Notes: generated by a model not told the origin, from the letters alone. A stretch of 62,055 nt of DNA, filler included, from Sphacelaria rigidula (GCA_964200075.2; 3 parts of 3 records of this genome joined end to end with filler, not necessarily neighbours in it), one strand, 5' to 3'; positions 35,576-49,149 are shown, counted from the whole stretch's first letter. Made by a program: numbers and translations.

Positions 35576-38500
35576 TTAAGTGGGTGCAAGCAGCTGCAAC
35601 CAAGGGGCTCTATGTACTTAACCCGTTGACGTCTGTTCACACATGTGTGCGTTTTTTTGGTCTGTGGACGCAGATAAACAAGTGGGGAAAAAATCATTTT
35701 TTTTCAAGTAACTGCACTGTTGCAATGCCGGTTCCTATGGTATTCTCGAGCGATTGTTTGCCCATGTGTTCTCCAACATCTCAGGCCAATGAAAATCGTG
35801 CAGATGCTGCACCCCTTCATTATGCTCTTGCCACGCCATCTGCAAAGGCATGTCTGGAATCACCCCATGCTCCCGCTCGCCATCGTCGAGGTTTGACGTT
35901 TCCGATACGATGATGGTACATTCCAACCCGCGGTCAGCCGACACGCCATATCTTCTCGTTTTTTTTAATGTATACGATTCGAAACCCGTGTGGTTTAGCA
36001 TCGACTTGTCTCGGCGAAAACGATGGCGGCTTTTCACGGAAAGGGAGGCGCCCGCCCGCGCAACAGTTGCCATACCTTATTTGGTGTACGAAGCAGCGGC
36101 GGCGGTGCTCGTCCGTCTGTTGTCCTCCGACGCATGCTGCACAGTTTCAGTGCTTGCATATACGCTACTCTACTCAACTATACAGTGCTCTACTGTACAT
36201 GGACCATGCAGTACGGGACAGTTGTTTATGCGTGTATTCATCACAGCCGTGTGCTCCAGCGGTGTCGAGCCTGTACTGTCGCACAGCGATACTAACTACA
36301 TTGCACTGCTACAGCACCGCACATTGCGTGCGCCGTCTGCTACGTGTAGCTGTACTTCGCTTATGTTTTATCTGAACAGCTAGCTGCGGCGTACTTGATG
36401 GGGAGCATTTTTTATATATCCCATTTTCGACAGACTTCGATCTCCGGAGGGAAAAGTGTGTTTTTTCTCGATGAAATGCATGGTAACCTTTTTTGAAAAA
36501 GCCCCCCATCTCAGAGAACCTGTCTCCAGGAATTATACGAAACAGTTTCAATTGAATGCGACAGTAACGACTCCCTCAACATTTTCCACACTGAACTTGT
36601 TGGGATAGCAAGAAACTGCCACAGTCTGCGTCTTGACTAGTGCAAAACATATTTTATCGGAAAAGTGCCGTGTTAACCCTTCCGCAATATTTCGAGGAGA
36701 GCGCTCGGTGGGCTCTGCCCCTCCAAAAAGCTTGTATCACTCTCCGAGAGGATTCCGGCACGGTTACGCAATTCCCGGTGCGTGCAGTTTAATCTTGGAG
36801 CAATTGAGGTTCCCCGCGTAGCGGACATTAAATGTCACATGCGCGGAAAATTACCAAATAATCGCAGGTTTTCAGCACTGTCTGTCCAAGATAGTGAGCA
36901 TCTGATCACAAACTATGCACCGGAAAATGCATGATGCCCGGCAACCCTGTCAAGGAGCACAGCCAGTCATGTCAAGGTCTCAGAATTGACTAGCTCTCCT
37001 CTCAAGCTGAAAACGACGCGAAAGAGCTGAACAGACACGTTTCCCTGATATGTATATGTTGTTTAGGAAATCGAACATTCGTACATGAAGGAGGCTGCCA
37101 ACCCCAACGTTGCACACAGGCACTTCTCCCTTGATACGCTTTATTGAAAATTTGACGTTCGAATCTCAAGGGGGCTGCCGAATCCCAGAGCTACACAACT
37201 GGCGCCGACTTGAGCTCCACCAACGCATTCTGTGCCAAGGGCGTCGGCTGGACCGCCTGTCTTCTGAATGTTCTTGGTCGGCGAAAAGTTGACGTTGGGA
37301 TTTGGGCTGGTACAGATCATTTCAAACTACGAATTACTTGACGAATTCACGTTAATTCATCATTTCCGTGCGCAGGCAATTCGATGCCGTGTCACTGTTG
37401 AACCTTGCGGAAAGCGAGCTTGGCGAGGCTGGGCTAGAATTGACGGCCGTGCAATTTGTGGCGTGTAGTGAACCCCTCGACACCGCTAAGCAGGACGCGC
37501 CCACCACGCTTTGGGTGCTAAACCGAGACCATAGCCTTGTCGTGTCTGCCCGAGGTGAGATGTGAGGAGGGCGTCACGTCGCAAATTTTGAATTTTCTGT
37601 GCAGTCAAAGACGCATGCAGGGGCGTGGTGTATTTCTTCTTAGCTTGCTCAAAAATGTTTCCAGCAGCGTTTGCCTCGGTCCTCAGTATGTATCCGAAGT
37701 AAAATTAGGTGACGAGCGGGATCGACTACTAGGGCTCTCGGTCATCTTCCGCTGCAAAATTGCATTATAGCAGTGGTTCTAGCAGGTGCACATGAATCGC
37801 AATGTCAGGAGATATCTTCGCCAGACTCCACTTATTCGCGGGGTTCGATCCTCTTTCCTTTCGATCGACGAGTATGAATTTCCCGTCGAAACAATCGTCG
37901 AACAGGGACCCTGTCTGAGGTAAACGCCGCAGCGCAAAAGCAGGATGTGAAAATCGCAGCAGCACTGCGGTGTGACAATGAAGAGCACAACAGCATTTCG
38001 GCAAGAAATGGCAATCTTGGGGACGGTGATGGGCAAGCGTCGTTGCTGCCGCTGCATGCGTTGGTCGCGATATCGTGCGACATACGAGGAGTGAACAGGT
38101 GTGTTGGCATACCCGATGCATGCATGCATATCATAGTCGTCTTCGTCTCAAGCGTATGTCCCATCCCAACAATTTCCACTTTTCGTATACCTGTGCATTA
38201 AATGTCATGTAAAACTTCCAGAGTTCTCTGTACTGCTACCTCACAAAAGGATTTTAAGGTCCTCAAGAAAATAACCTATTTTCGGACACGATGGTGACTC
38301 GACTGAAGCTCAAGTATATGTCACTGTGTTGTACGTTTTCTAGTACGACAACACCCCGCACCAGTCCCGTGCAGCCCCTGGAGGAAACCAACACGCCTAC
38401 GGTCTACAAGCTCCGGCAATCCACCTCAACCTTCACCCGATCACCGCCAGGCAAACATTTACTGCTGCTCGAGACTGTAGAGCGCCGATTGTAGGCACGG

Positions 38501-39785
38501 GGGGAAGCTCTTTGGGCGAAGCCATAGCGATGGGCTGCCTGCTGGTGGGGTCAAGTGGCGGGTCGGTGGCGACTACCCACAAGTCCAAGGTGAAGCCCCT
38601 CTGACCTCCAAGTGTACAAGCAAGGCGGCGGAGTGGGGGGAATGGGGGGAAACCCGCACAACGGGTCAAGGAAATAGTGAAAAAAAAAATGAACATAAGG
38701 CACCTGTGCAACACCCGGCGGGGTGGACGGGGGCAGACAAAACTTTACAAATGACTCGAGTATATGTACACATTAGACAAAACGGTATATCGAAGATAAA
38801 GCAGGAGGTAAATACAGATGTTCGGGAGGATATGGTGCGGAAAAAATGCGAGACCGCCTTGTCTAAATTTCGAATCCCGAATGGTACTATCATAATGAAG
38901 GTCCAGACTCATGTGGGGCAAGCATGATCGCTATACCTTTGAGGAAAAGAGCGGGACATCGGTGTATTACTCTTGGCAAAAAACTAGTGGTCGTAGACTC
39001 AAAGAGCGCTGCTGGCTTTTGCACGCCAGGCTGCGTACCCGCTCGTGCTTTAAAAAGTATGAGCACGTCGAAGATATTCTTCACAACCCCGCACCCTCAA
39101 TCATCGTTCACACGCTTGCTTGGTTCAGGTCGTGTCATACGCCGCAGGGCTGGCGAACCATTTCGGAATCCGTTACGATGCCGGGAAAGCATTGTCTCTT
39201 CCCTTGGCCCCTGCCGCGACCTTCGGAGGATGTGTACCCTCATACGTTGGAGTGCTGGTGTTGTCTGGGGTAGTGGAGCGCGCGAAACAGCAGGGCGTGC
39301 TGATGCGTCCACCGCATGACGAGGGATTTTTTTCGGAGGAAGATGTGGATCATGTGATTGCTTCGGTGCTCCTGGCCCTGCCCGCTGTGGCCGGAGCCGT
39401 AGCGGCGCGGCAAGTCTGCACCACGGGAGACATGGCAATGGTTGCCGGTGAGGTGTTATGTTTTGTTTTGTATTTCCACCCGTTCGCCCTGTTTGTTGAA
39501 GTGACCTCTTTTCACTTGTTCACCATGAAGCCGCGGTTCAAAAGTTTAGTGTACGACCAAATTCAACGAACACCAGGTGGAGGTGAAATATGATGGGCAG
39601 CCGGAGACACACTCGGAGAAGTTGTGACTGAATACCTTTCTTCAACAAATGAACAAGCGAGAAACGACCCCGTCACAGGAATGTTTTTCCGTCCGAAATG
39701 GTTTATCCCCTGCTTACGGGTGTCACCACCGTTAATGTTCGTCGTGGCCGGGATACAAAGGGAGTGGACAGTCCGTTAATTGTTT

Positions 39786-41101
39786 AGGGCCAGAGACAAG
39801 AGTGGGTCGACTCACGCCCTCTCCAGCTAAAAATGGGTCTTGGCAATACACAGGTACGCTCCCTCCGTACTCCTCTGAAATCGATCCAAATTCAATCCTG
39901 ACGCAAAGGTGAGTCGACCACGGCCTAGGCAGGGCACGGGCGTCGATTTTCATGAACTTGCCGGCGCACATACGAACCAAACACAGCCGCGGGCGACAAG
40001 GGCTGCGCAGTAGTCCTCCTACAGTCCGAGAACGGGGTGGGACGACCCACCACCACCTGCTACTTGAAACATAGGCCCTCCTTTTTGCCATGGTTAGACC
40101 CCTTTTTGCCAAGGTAGACCCTCTTGTGACCACTCTCCGCCTATGAAAAGTCACCCTCCACGCCACCGCACGGGAGAACATCACAGGACCTACAACATCT
40201 CCAGAGAATCTTCCCGTAACCTGAAGAAATCCCCCGCGCACAAACCAGACCTCATCGGGATGTCTAGCTGGTCGCTTCCTCACGGAACAACAGTAATGGC
40301 CGACAATGATCGATCTCTCACACAGTATTGTTCTGCAACAGTTGCAGAGACCCTAACGGAACCCAACGGATCGAAGCCCCGAAGATTATGGCGAAATAAT
40401 TTTGCTGGGGGCGTGACTTCTCTGGGCGAAGAGTTTGACGTCTTCACCAGACGAATCCTGGCACAGTTTTGGACCGTTACTGCTTCTCTCGGAATATGAT
40501 ATGTGAGGACAGCTTTCTTGTCGCGGGCGCGACCGGTTGGGTTCCGTGGGGATCTCTGCAAACTGTTGCCGAATAATAACACGTGAGAGATCAATCAGTG
40601 TCCGCCATTATTGTCGTTCCGTGAGGAAGCGACCACCTAGACATCCCGATGGGGTCTGGTTTGTGTGCGGGGAATTTCTTCAAATGCGGCGGGGATGTTG
40701 TAGGTCTTGGGATGCTCTCCCGTGCGGTGGCGTGGAGGGTGAGTTTTGACAGGCGGAGAGTTGTCACCAGAGGGTCTACTTTAGCAAAAATGGGGTCTAA
40801 CCATGGTGAAAAAGGGGGTCTAGGATTCAAATAGCAGATGACAATGGGTCGTCTCACCCCGTTCTCGGACTAAAAGAGGCCTTCTGCGCAGCTCTTGGCA
40901 CTGTTCGGTCTGTGGGCGCGCCGACAACTTCGTGAAAATCGATTACCGTGCTCTGCCGAGGCCGTGGTCGACTCGCCTTCGCGTCAGGATTGGATTCGGA
41001 TGAATTTCAGAGGAGCACGGACAGAGCTCGTACCTGTGGTTTGTCAAGACCTCTTTTTGGCTGAAAAGGGCGTGGGTCGACACCCGTTTGCCGACGGCCC
41101 T
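39786..41101. mobile_element. 1.3-kb foldback element: ~590-bp inverted arms and a ~130-bp loop
   Basis: caccctccacgccaccgcacgggaga (40152) / tctcccgtgcggtggcgtggagggtg (40716); atcgggatgtctag / ctagacatcccgat; ends agggcc / ggccct. Confidence 0.92.
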
Positions 41102-41276
41102 TCATTTTTTAAACTCTGTCTGCCGTGTGTAACTCACTCTGTATCCGGCTGTAAAGAACTTCGGGTGTGTTCCTTTTGGAACTGTGTTGTTCAAGACTAT
41201 CATGTTATGTCTGAAGGTTTTTTCAAGAACAGCGACCATGGTGTGAGCATCTGGATTAGAAACGCTATGCTGGGCA

Positions 41277-41343
41277 CGTGTGTGTTGTCCCATTTATTCT
41301 GGGCGCCAGTCTACCCCTTTCGAGATATGTGGGCGCATCAGCC
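41277..41343 (-). mobile_element. SINE (family S) 3' end running into the assembly gap
   Basis: cgtgtgtgttgtcccatttattctgggcgccagtctacc...tatgtgggcgca. Confidence 0.75.
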
Positions 41344-41443
41344 NNNNNNNNNNNNNNNNNNNNNNNNNNNNNNNNNNNNNNNNNNNNTTAATTAATTAAN
41401 NNNNNNNNNNNNNNNNNNNNNNNNNNNNNNNNNNNNNNNNNNN
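41344..41443. other. assembly gap with artificial TTAATTAATTAA linker
   Basis: N44-TTAATTAATTAA-N44. Confidence 0.98.
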
Positions 41444-43778
41444 ATCTCACGAAAACACTGTTATAAGTACTTTCCCACCCCCCCCCGCCCCTATTTTAGT
41501 ATGCTCTGTCTCGAAAGGGATGCGTGTTCAATGATCAAACGACCAAGGCAAGCAACAACAATTGAGTACCCCCCTCCCTTCTATTTTAGTCTATCAATCC
41601 ATCATATCGCACGTCCATTATATATAGTTCATGTATTATGTCCCTGCAGCCCCGTGCTCTGACTCTTTTTTGTCACCTGCCCTACAATAGTATCTGTATC
41701 AATACTCCAGCGTCGTGCCGTGTGTGCGGAAAACAGTACAAACATCACCCGTGCCCACCCGTCAGCCCCGTTTCGCCTCCGCCGATACCGCACATGCCAG
41801 TCTTCTGCGTCGTGGCTGCTCTAGCACTACGGAGAGACCAACAAAGATACTCCGACAACGACGCCGTGCGCGACTTCGGCTTAAATTCAACGCCGAGATA
41901 TAGTAGTGCCTGCGACCATGATCCTGATCGACCAGGGATGCTGGGTAAAGGGTCGCGGGGGACGGAAGACTGTGGTACGGGGGTTGTAGGCGTCGACGGG
42001 GTGCTGCCTTCTTCGTCTTCAGGGGTGCCGCTGTTGCAGGGAGGGGCTGCTCCTGGCGGTGCTGCTCAAGGAGAGCTCTCGGAATTTACTAGAGATGAGG
42101 ACCAACCAGAGGGCTGGAACAATCCCTTTTCAGTGTAATTTTTTCAGCCAAGGCTTTCATCGTCCGGGTCACTTGGGCCGTCAACGGACGGGCGGGGGAA
42201 CTTGGGATTACGGACGTGGCCCTCTGTCCGCAATTGTGGCGCCCCTGGCCTCCTGGTCCGAGAGTCCAACCTCTTGACAGTCCCATCCGTGTTCGGAGGG
42301 TGATCACAGTGTAGGGGTAGATGGTCGTCAGTAGACTGGGCGAGCGTTGAAATGAATCCCTCGCGGGCTTCACCTTGTTACACGTGACTCATGAGGAATC
42401 AGCTGTCTGCATGTCAAAGCCCCCGAAACCGACCGAGGTCGCTTTGCCTTCCCCGACTCGCAACGCCACGATTTCCCGCTTGGGCAGCGGGGAATTTGTG
42501 AGAAGGACAAGCTCATCTCTGGGATTGCATGTCCGTTTCCTGTGTGTATCCACTTGCTGTGATCATACTCCTCGGTTAGCTGGGGGCGGGAGGACTGTCG
42601 CTCACCTTGGGCACAGGGTTAACCCTTCACCCCAACAAAATTGCACATGTCCCCTGCCGCACGTTGAATTTTACCGTGTACGCCACGACTCGGGAGCTTT
42701 TCGCCGCCGCCTGACGGTGCACAGGGTGATTTCCATGTAGTTCTGGGAGGATTGATTCTTCTTAGTGGGTGGACAGTCTTTTCACGAGACAGTAGTAAGA
42801 TATTCGCTTCGTTATACTTTCGCACCTTCCTCCCTCTACAGAGGGGGGGATGAGTGCCCTACTGGTCCGATCACAGTGAGCTGAAAACCCGCCCACTAAT
42901 GAAATGTCATGCTCTTTACGAGTATCGTGCTGCATGACAGTGGCGAGGTGACAGACACAGATTATGTCTCACGGGTAGCGGACTTAAGGCATGTTACTAA
43001 TTCAACGTTGCGTACATCATGCCCAGAACCGTCCCTACTTACCAACGTGACTTGGGTACGACCCGGTTCAGCCTACAAGCGGATTCAAGTGTTGCACGTC
43101 CCCCTCGTCTCGCTTTCAAGGGATTCCCTTCAAAATCGGGCATGAGAAATGACGCTTTTTTTTAATAGAAAAAAAGTGCCTTGCTGTTTTTTCCTCGTGG
43201 ATCAGGCTGCTTCATGCTTGAGAAGGTGAAATTCCCCCGTGTGTACGATGCCGAATGGCCACGAGAAAACATTTGCACCGTCCTGGTAACCGTTGCCTTC
43301 GAAACACAACATCCGCGCCTCTCATTTATCTTGTATCAACCCAGGGACACTCTCTCAAATTCACAAGTGGCTGAAATCTTCGTGCACGTGGATGGGGTGC
43401 CCCCTCCGTTCTCCCTCGTGCCCGTGGTGCCTTGTTGGTTGTCACGTGCAGTACGACAGAGATCCTATAGGCTGAGTTGCTTTATACGCGGACAAGAACG
43501 TGCACAGGCGATCCTGCGGCTCAATTCTGGATCGCCTGGTACAAAATTATGACACGATATACACGAACAGTACATCTTCTACACTTCTTCCCATTTTTTT
43601 TCCGGGAGTCGTCTACGATTGTTTCAAAATGAACTGTTGTGAACTGTTGGGTCGATGACACACGAAGATGTAATGGAGTTTTCGCACATACATCGTGTAC
43701 ATCGTTTCAAAATTTTATACAACTCGAAGATGCAGAATTGAGATGCTACATCGCGTAGTCGGGTCTGTGACGGTTTAA

Positions 43779-43876
43779 CCCTTAGACCGCGAGGTTAGTC
43801 TGCTGTTGGATCGGTATCAATTTCAAGTGAAAAAAAGTATGCATGGTCCGGAATGGCTAATCTCGCGATCTACGGG
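43779..43876 (+). mobile_element. 98-bp piggyBac-like MITE (TTAA target, CCC...GGG ends)
   Basis: ttaa|cccttagaccgcgaggttag...ctaatctcgcgatctacggg|ttag. Confidence 0.8.
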
Positions 43877-44014
43877 TTAGGGGACAACCAACTAGACTGC
43901 TGACCAGTCAGTATCCTACATCGCGTAGTCGGGGCTGTGTGGTTTAAGAGACAACCGACTAGACTACTGGTGCGACTAGACTACTGACCAGTGGTATAGT
44001 TGGTTGTCTCTTAA

Positions 44015-44112
44015 CCCGTAGACCGCGAGATTAATATTTCTGGATTATGCATAACTTTCTTCACTTGAATTTGATGCCGATTCAACAGGAGACTAACCTC
44101 GCAATCTGAGGG
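44015..44112 (-). mobile_element. inverted second copy of the 98-bp piggyBac-like MITE
   Basis: ttaa|cccgtagaccgcgagattaa...ctaacctcgcaatctgaggg|ttaa. Confidence 0.85.
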
Positions 44113-44260
44113 TTAAACCGTCACAAAAGTGAGTCGTGTGGGTTTAATCCCCCTTTTTTTTAATCCGAGGAGGACGACTCCCTTCGCCTGCCCCAAAGTG
44201 GAGGGCGAATATGTCGTGGGATCACAAAAGTCGACGTGGTGGACTAAAGAATCACAAATT

Positions 44261-44535
44261 ACAGTATTTTCGTGAGATTGAGAGTGGCTTTGATTATTCG
44301 CTTCAAATGAGACATCTTTTCCTTTCATGTGTGCTCTTCTTTACCTCTCATCACTTGCGTGTGCTTACAGCTCCATGTCAATATCCTACCCACGGGTACC
44401 AAGGGCCTCAGTGACCAGGTATTGTTGCAGAAAGCTCGTGGCGCGTCGTGGAAGTGCATTGCGGAACTGAAACGAGTTATTCACGCCGCCCTTCACTCTC
44501 AATTGTACCATCTACTCAATTTCGAAAACACTGTT
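44261..44535 (+). mobile_element. MITE family B
   Basis: acagtattttcgtgagattgagagt ... tctactcaatttcgaaaacactgtt. Confidence 0.75.
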
Positions 44536-45079
44536 GGATGCATCTAGAGCTCCTGTGCTGACTCTTCTCTTACATGATCATAGCTGGTGGTCCAAGATTC
44601 TCCAAACGATGGCCCTGCATCCAGAATAGGTGGGACAACACACCATGCTGACCTGAAATGTGTGATGAATATTTGGCACGGGCTAGATCAGTCGAGCAGC
44701 GATTTTGAGGTGTGCAAACCCGTTTCACCACTCCGATATTTGATTCGGGCAATGATAAATGTGAGAAGAAAATACTGGTGCACACAAATATTTCCTTCCA
44801 TTAGTTTAACATTTAGCTCATATCTGAAAAATTTGTAACATTCCTTAGCCCGATTGCTAGTGGACAAATTGTTCGCCCGCGAATAGTTCACTTTGGGGAC
44901 GTGTGACCCATCTTTCGACACTTTGATAATATAGCCTGCCGTCTTTCAGATTTGCTTGGCTCCGCGGTTTCGAGATAGACCGCTGAACAAAAGTTTGTGC
45001 TCACGATCCTGTCCTTCCCGATCCACATATGATTGGGCATGCTAGCGGGGGTTGGCGAGCACCGTTTGTGATGCACGGT

Positions 45080-46330
45080 TTTTTTTTCGGCGGCCAACCT
45101 CGAAACCTCGGAGATGAGCGAATCTGAAGAGCAGCAGGCTGGGGTGATGTACAGTGTCCGAGACGTGTTAGCGAATTTCCATGTTTGGGGAGTTAAAAGG
45201 TGGGTCAAACATCGCAAAAGTGGACAATCTGTGGGCCACAACACTGCCATTGCATCTGGCGTTGACTCATGAGAAAGGTTTTACATTATAAGCTTCATGG
45301 TGCAGTTGCGGTTCTCCATACAAAGTTGTTTAGCTGCATAGCTTGAAAACTAAAGCGATCGCCCGGGTCAAATAATCTAGCGCATTTGCTCACAGAGTAC
45401 TGATTTTGGGATGGAAACTCATATGCGCATGTCGGTAGATTATGAATTAGTTGGTAGGCAAGCGTATCCACCGTTTCTGCATGCTCCAGGCAGATTCAGC
45501 ATCAGATACGCGTCATCCGCCTTCTGGTACAGACGCCATCTCACTTGGATATGAGAGTTACTGAACATGGGGTTCAATCAACGAGAAATCAGAAGTCCAA
45601 AATTGTCAGTATGTGGGCACCTCCCCCTCGGTTACGATGCGCGGAGCATGGCCCGGCTCGTCTGTGTCGACGAGATACTGCCAAGAGAGCTCAAATCCGA
45701 GTCAAGACTAGCCATGCATTTATAAGGTTGTGCCATGGGGATCATGTACATAGTTTTGAAACTCGTCCCTCACTCGACACTTTCGCCGCAGCGAATCTCA
45801 CGTACCTTGTGGGCGACATGGAGGTCACAAGGGAAAGGGGGTCTGGCACCTTCCTGTTTTCCCATTCATCCCCTACATCATTACTAGCCTTTTGTCGGAC
45901 AAGGATGATGACTTGGTCGCGACACGAGCGACTTCACTCGGCGGCCGCGGCATGAGCGACTCGACCCGTGAAAGCAATATTCGTTTCTCTTTCGACTTCA
46001 CCGCACATGCCACCCTTAACTCTCAGCACCTCGGAGCTGGCTACAGTTTGTTATTTCGTTTGATATACTCGTCAGATTACAGGGCTACCTCAGGTTGAGG
46101 ACGCGGGTCAATCTATACATCACCATCTGGGAGGCACAGCTCGCGATAGATCATCAGTTAGAACCGACTAAAATCAAGTCCGCTACTTATGCCAATCCTA
46201 CACGGTGCTTGCTTTCTTGCAAGCGTTTCATCCCAACCATCAGGTCAAAAATTGGGGCCTGGCCCTCATCAAACTTTGAATCACAGTACTCGCTCAGCAC
46301 ATGCGTCCCCTACGCGCGTATGCGTTCTCC
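45080..46330 (+). mobile_element. ancient Ty1/copia RT-RNase H remnant
   Basis: Ordered decayed motifs: GVKRWVKHRK, GVDS*ERF (GVDY.ETF), SAFAH, ETHMRM, FSIRYASSAFWY (YGLKQA...WY), LLNMGFNQ, LVCVDEIL (LVYVDDIL), SLGG...TRESNIRF (TRPDI.F), SLSTC. Confidence 0.6.
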
Positions 46331-47469
46331 AGCATCCACGGCAACTGTGCCTCTGGCGTACAGGGGACTTCCGGCGCCCAGGCCCGCGTCGGCGCCTGCG
46401 CGAACGATAATTTGACCCAAGTCGGCGGATTTTTCCTTCTTGTCAGAAGACCGAGATGGAAAGCCCACCGCCGCAACGTTACTGCAGATGGCACATGAAC
46501 GGTGAGTTCCCACTACGACACTCGCCGGAGACGCCCCTAAGGTGGGGCTGACTTCCACGTGGCTCCCAGCATGGTCCTGGAAGTAGCAGGAGGTGGGGTG
46601 GGAGAAAGGGGTGTGATTGAAGTGACCAGCATCCTGTTTCGATGTACCATCCTTCATATGGGGCGTGCGTATGTTCATGTCGCGGGGGTATCCAGCCTCC
46701 CCTGTTTTTTTCTGCGATTTTCACGTTTTTCGCCGCGATTTCGCGTGTTCCCGGATCCCCCATGCTTCCTGGGGCAGAGTGCGAAAAATTGCCGTTTTCA
46801 GGCTGCCCTACTTCTTCTCGATCGTGAGACTGCACGCGACACATCACGACAGGTTCTAGCATGTCCACGATCATATTCCTACGGCGAAGATATAAAAAAA
46901 TGGGATCGCCGTCATCCAGTCATTCACACACAATCCGACTGAATTCACCCTCAGTAATCAAACGGCAGAAGGACGGGTCAGTGTAACTATGACGTAAAGC
47001 CCGGCATCGTCCCGCACTCCAGGTACTGGAGCGAGGTGGGACTCCAGGAGAATTAATCGTCATCATTCCCGCCACTTTCCAGAAGTCTCCAACGTAACGC
47101 CTACTCGAATACCTTGATCCCACTGGGGCGGGGCCCACGATGCAGCCAGCTTCAACGGAGGGTCAGTGAACTTTGAAGACTGTAGTTTTCGGATGTCATC
47201 ATACGTTGATATGAAAGTTCAGCTCATCATTCCCCTCGTACTGGATCTTCGTGGGTCTTCGGAAGACCCACATGTCTGCTCATGTGTTCATGTTCATGTT
47301 CAAATAGATTCAAGGCCAAGGATGTTCCAAGTCGGAGTAGACCATCTCGTGTGATAGTCACAACAACGAGTGTGCGCTGATCGAGGGACCTCAGATCCGG
47401 GGAGACCTGCCATGGGACCCATTTCTCTGGGGACAAGGTCAGGTATACGGTTACCAAGACCCACCGCGG

Positions 47470-47813
47470 GTCGTCTCATCTGTTTTGGACGCCAGTGTAC
47501 ACCTTTCGGTATTCAGGGGCGCACCTCTCGGTACTTAGCGGCGCACCAGCCGGGGTTACACAGGGGAAGGTCAACCCAGGAGCTTCTTCTCATGTTTTTA
47601 GTGGGCCACCTTCCTTCCGCGGTGCTCGCATCACATCCTCCATTGCGGAGGGGATCAGCACCCCCTTCCCTCGTCAACCGTCAAGTCGAATTTCATGTAC
47701 CCTCGACATTGTCGCTCTCCACTGATGGGCATGAGGTGAGAAAAAACCCAGATCGCTGAGATGTGAAGCCACGAACCAACCGTCAGAAGATTTCGACGTA
47801 GCCAACTGAGCCA
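47470..47813 (-). mobile_element. near full-length SINE (family S)
   Basis: The minus strand begins tggctcagttggct...cttctgacggttgg, and the body matches family S. Confidence 0.8.
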
Positions 47814-47959
47814 ATAAACCGAGAGACACTTCACCTGGCAAAAGTGTTGGGGGCTGCCGTCATGAAATATCGCGACGGCCTCATGTTCCCCGAGTGAGTG
47901 ATGGCGAGAGTCGTCAAATCATTCCTGCGAGGTAGACGGTGGAGACGATTGTGAGATCA

Positions 47960-48900
47960 CAGCGCACGCTTCGAAAGTCTGGAGGAGAAATCTGAATCTG
48001 CTCATTGCTCGAAGTGGCATCGACAGACCTGAAATTTCCACAACAGTATCCTACTGACGTCGGTACATACCACGAGACACCCAACGTTCGCCGTGCGCTC
48101 CACAACAGGACGGTGCGGCCGACAAGCTCCATCGGGAACTCAGGGTGGATGTCATTTCCGACATTGCACATCCTCTAGTTGTCACTCGAACCAAGCCATA
48201 TTTCCTCGACAGCCCGAGGAGCTGTGCGACTCACAATATTATACGGGCTCACCCCGAATCGCGTGTTTGCACCTGCAGCAAACATTGGGCTAGTTCCAGG
48301 TGGTCTACAAGTGTCGACACCGATTCAATGTGGTCGAAACGTTCTTTCATCACCTTTCTCAGGTATACCGGACATGAAACATCGGCAACCCCAACTATTT
48401 GCTTCCCGAGGTTGGGTGGTTCCCATGCTTGCAAGATTTCTCACGAACTCTCCTGACGAATGACCAGAGAGGAATACGTCTTCGATCTTTGATTCCGTTT
48501 GACATCAACTTTTTCACAGACACGCCGGCTCATTCAAGCGCTGATCACCATGAAGATGGTATGACGGGTAAACGGCTAAGTTTTGCTGGAGTAAAATCAT
48601 CGCCGCGTGCTGTTTCGAGTCGCCTCGTGTGTATAAATGTATCAAGTACAAGAAAACAAACTACCCAAATCGCATCGCAATGCCGATGGAACGGCACAAG
48701 TCATACAAATATCGCCTTATTCGACACCAACGTGGTTGTGTAGCGGATACAAATATCTTCGGATCCGCAGTATGTTGATCGGTGGCGTTAAGGAAAATCA
48801 TCAATGACTACAACGTTGCAAAATGAGTAGTTGGACACTCCCTGTATTCCATCTCGCGTTGTAGTCAGGACATCGTTGTCCAGTGTACAACGCAATATGT
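47960..48900 (+). mobile_element. degenerate Ty1/copia integrase core plus RNase H-like remnant
   Basis: RTLRKSGGEI (LRTDNGGEF), QQYPTDVGTYHET (GI.HET), SPCAPQQDGAADKLHREL (PYTPQQNGVAER.NRTL), then STRKQTTQIA (S.KQTTVA). Confidence 0.55.
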
Positions 48901-49149
48901 GGCGCGATTTTTTTCCCAGTGGCGATGCACGATGCATGATACATGATGGACTGCCGCAACGCAAGTTTCAAGGCCGTCCATGACTCGACGCAGAAAGCTT
49001 TCCTAGATTACACGATCTGAAGAAGGGATCTACACATCGCGTGCGCTCCACTCATGAGCCGGTCCGGAGGCAACGGCCGATACCCCCGTCCTGTGTGAGC
49101 TCCACAAGAGAGGGCACCATCTCACGTCGGGGTATGAAGGTTCGGTTAC

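Noticed and set aside
42195-42250. Gag zinc-knuckle-like HNCGQ..H on the minus strand
   Set aside because: Needs a frameshift and substitutions, with no supporting domains identified; too weak to call.
46040-46095. Hammerhead-like CTGACGA...GAAA on the minus strand
   Set aside because: Stem II is only 2 bp, stems I and III and a cleavage triplet cannot be formed, and it lies within a copia remnant.
46990-47130. Chromodomain-like FE*ALRWR...FSWSP on the minus strand
   Set aside because: Short, stop-interrupted resemblance only.
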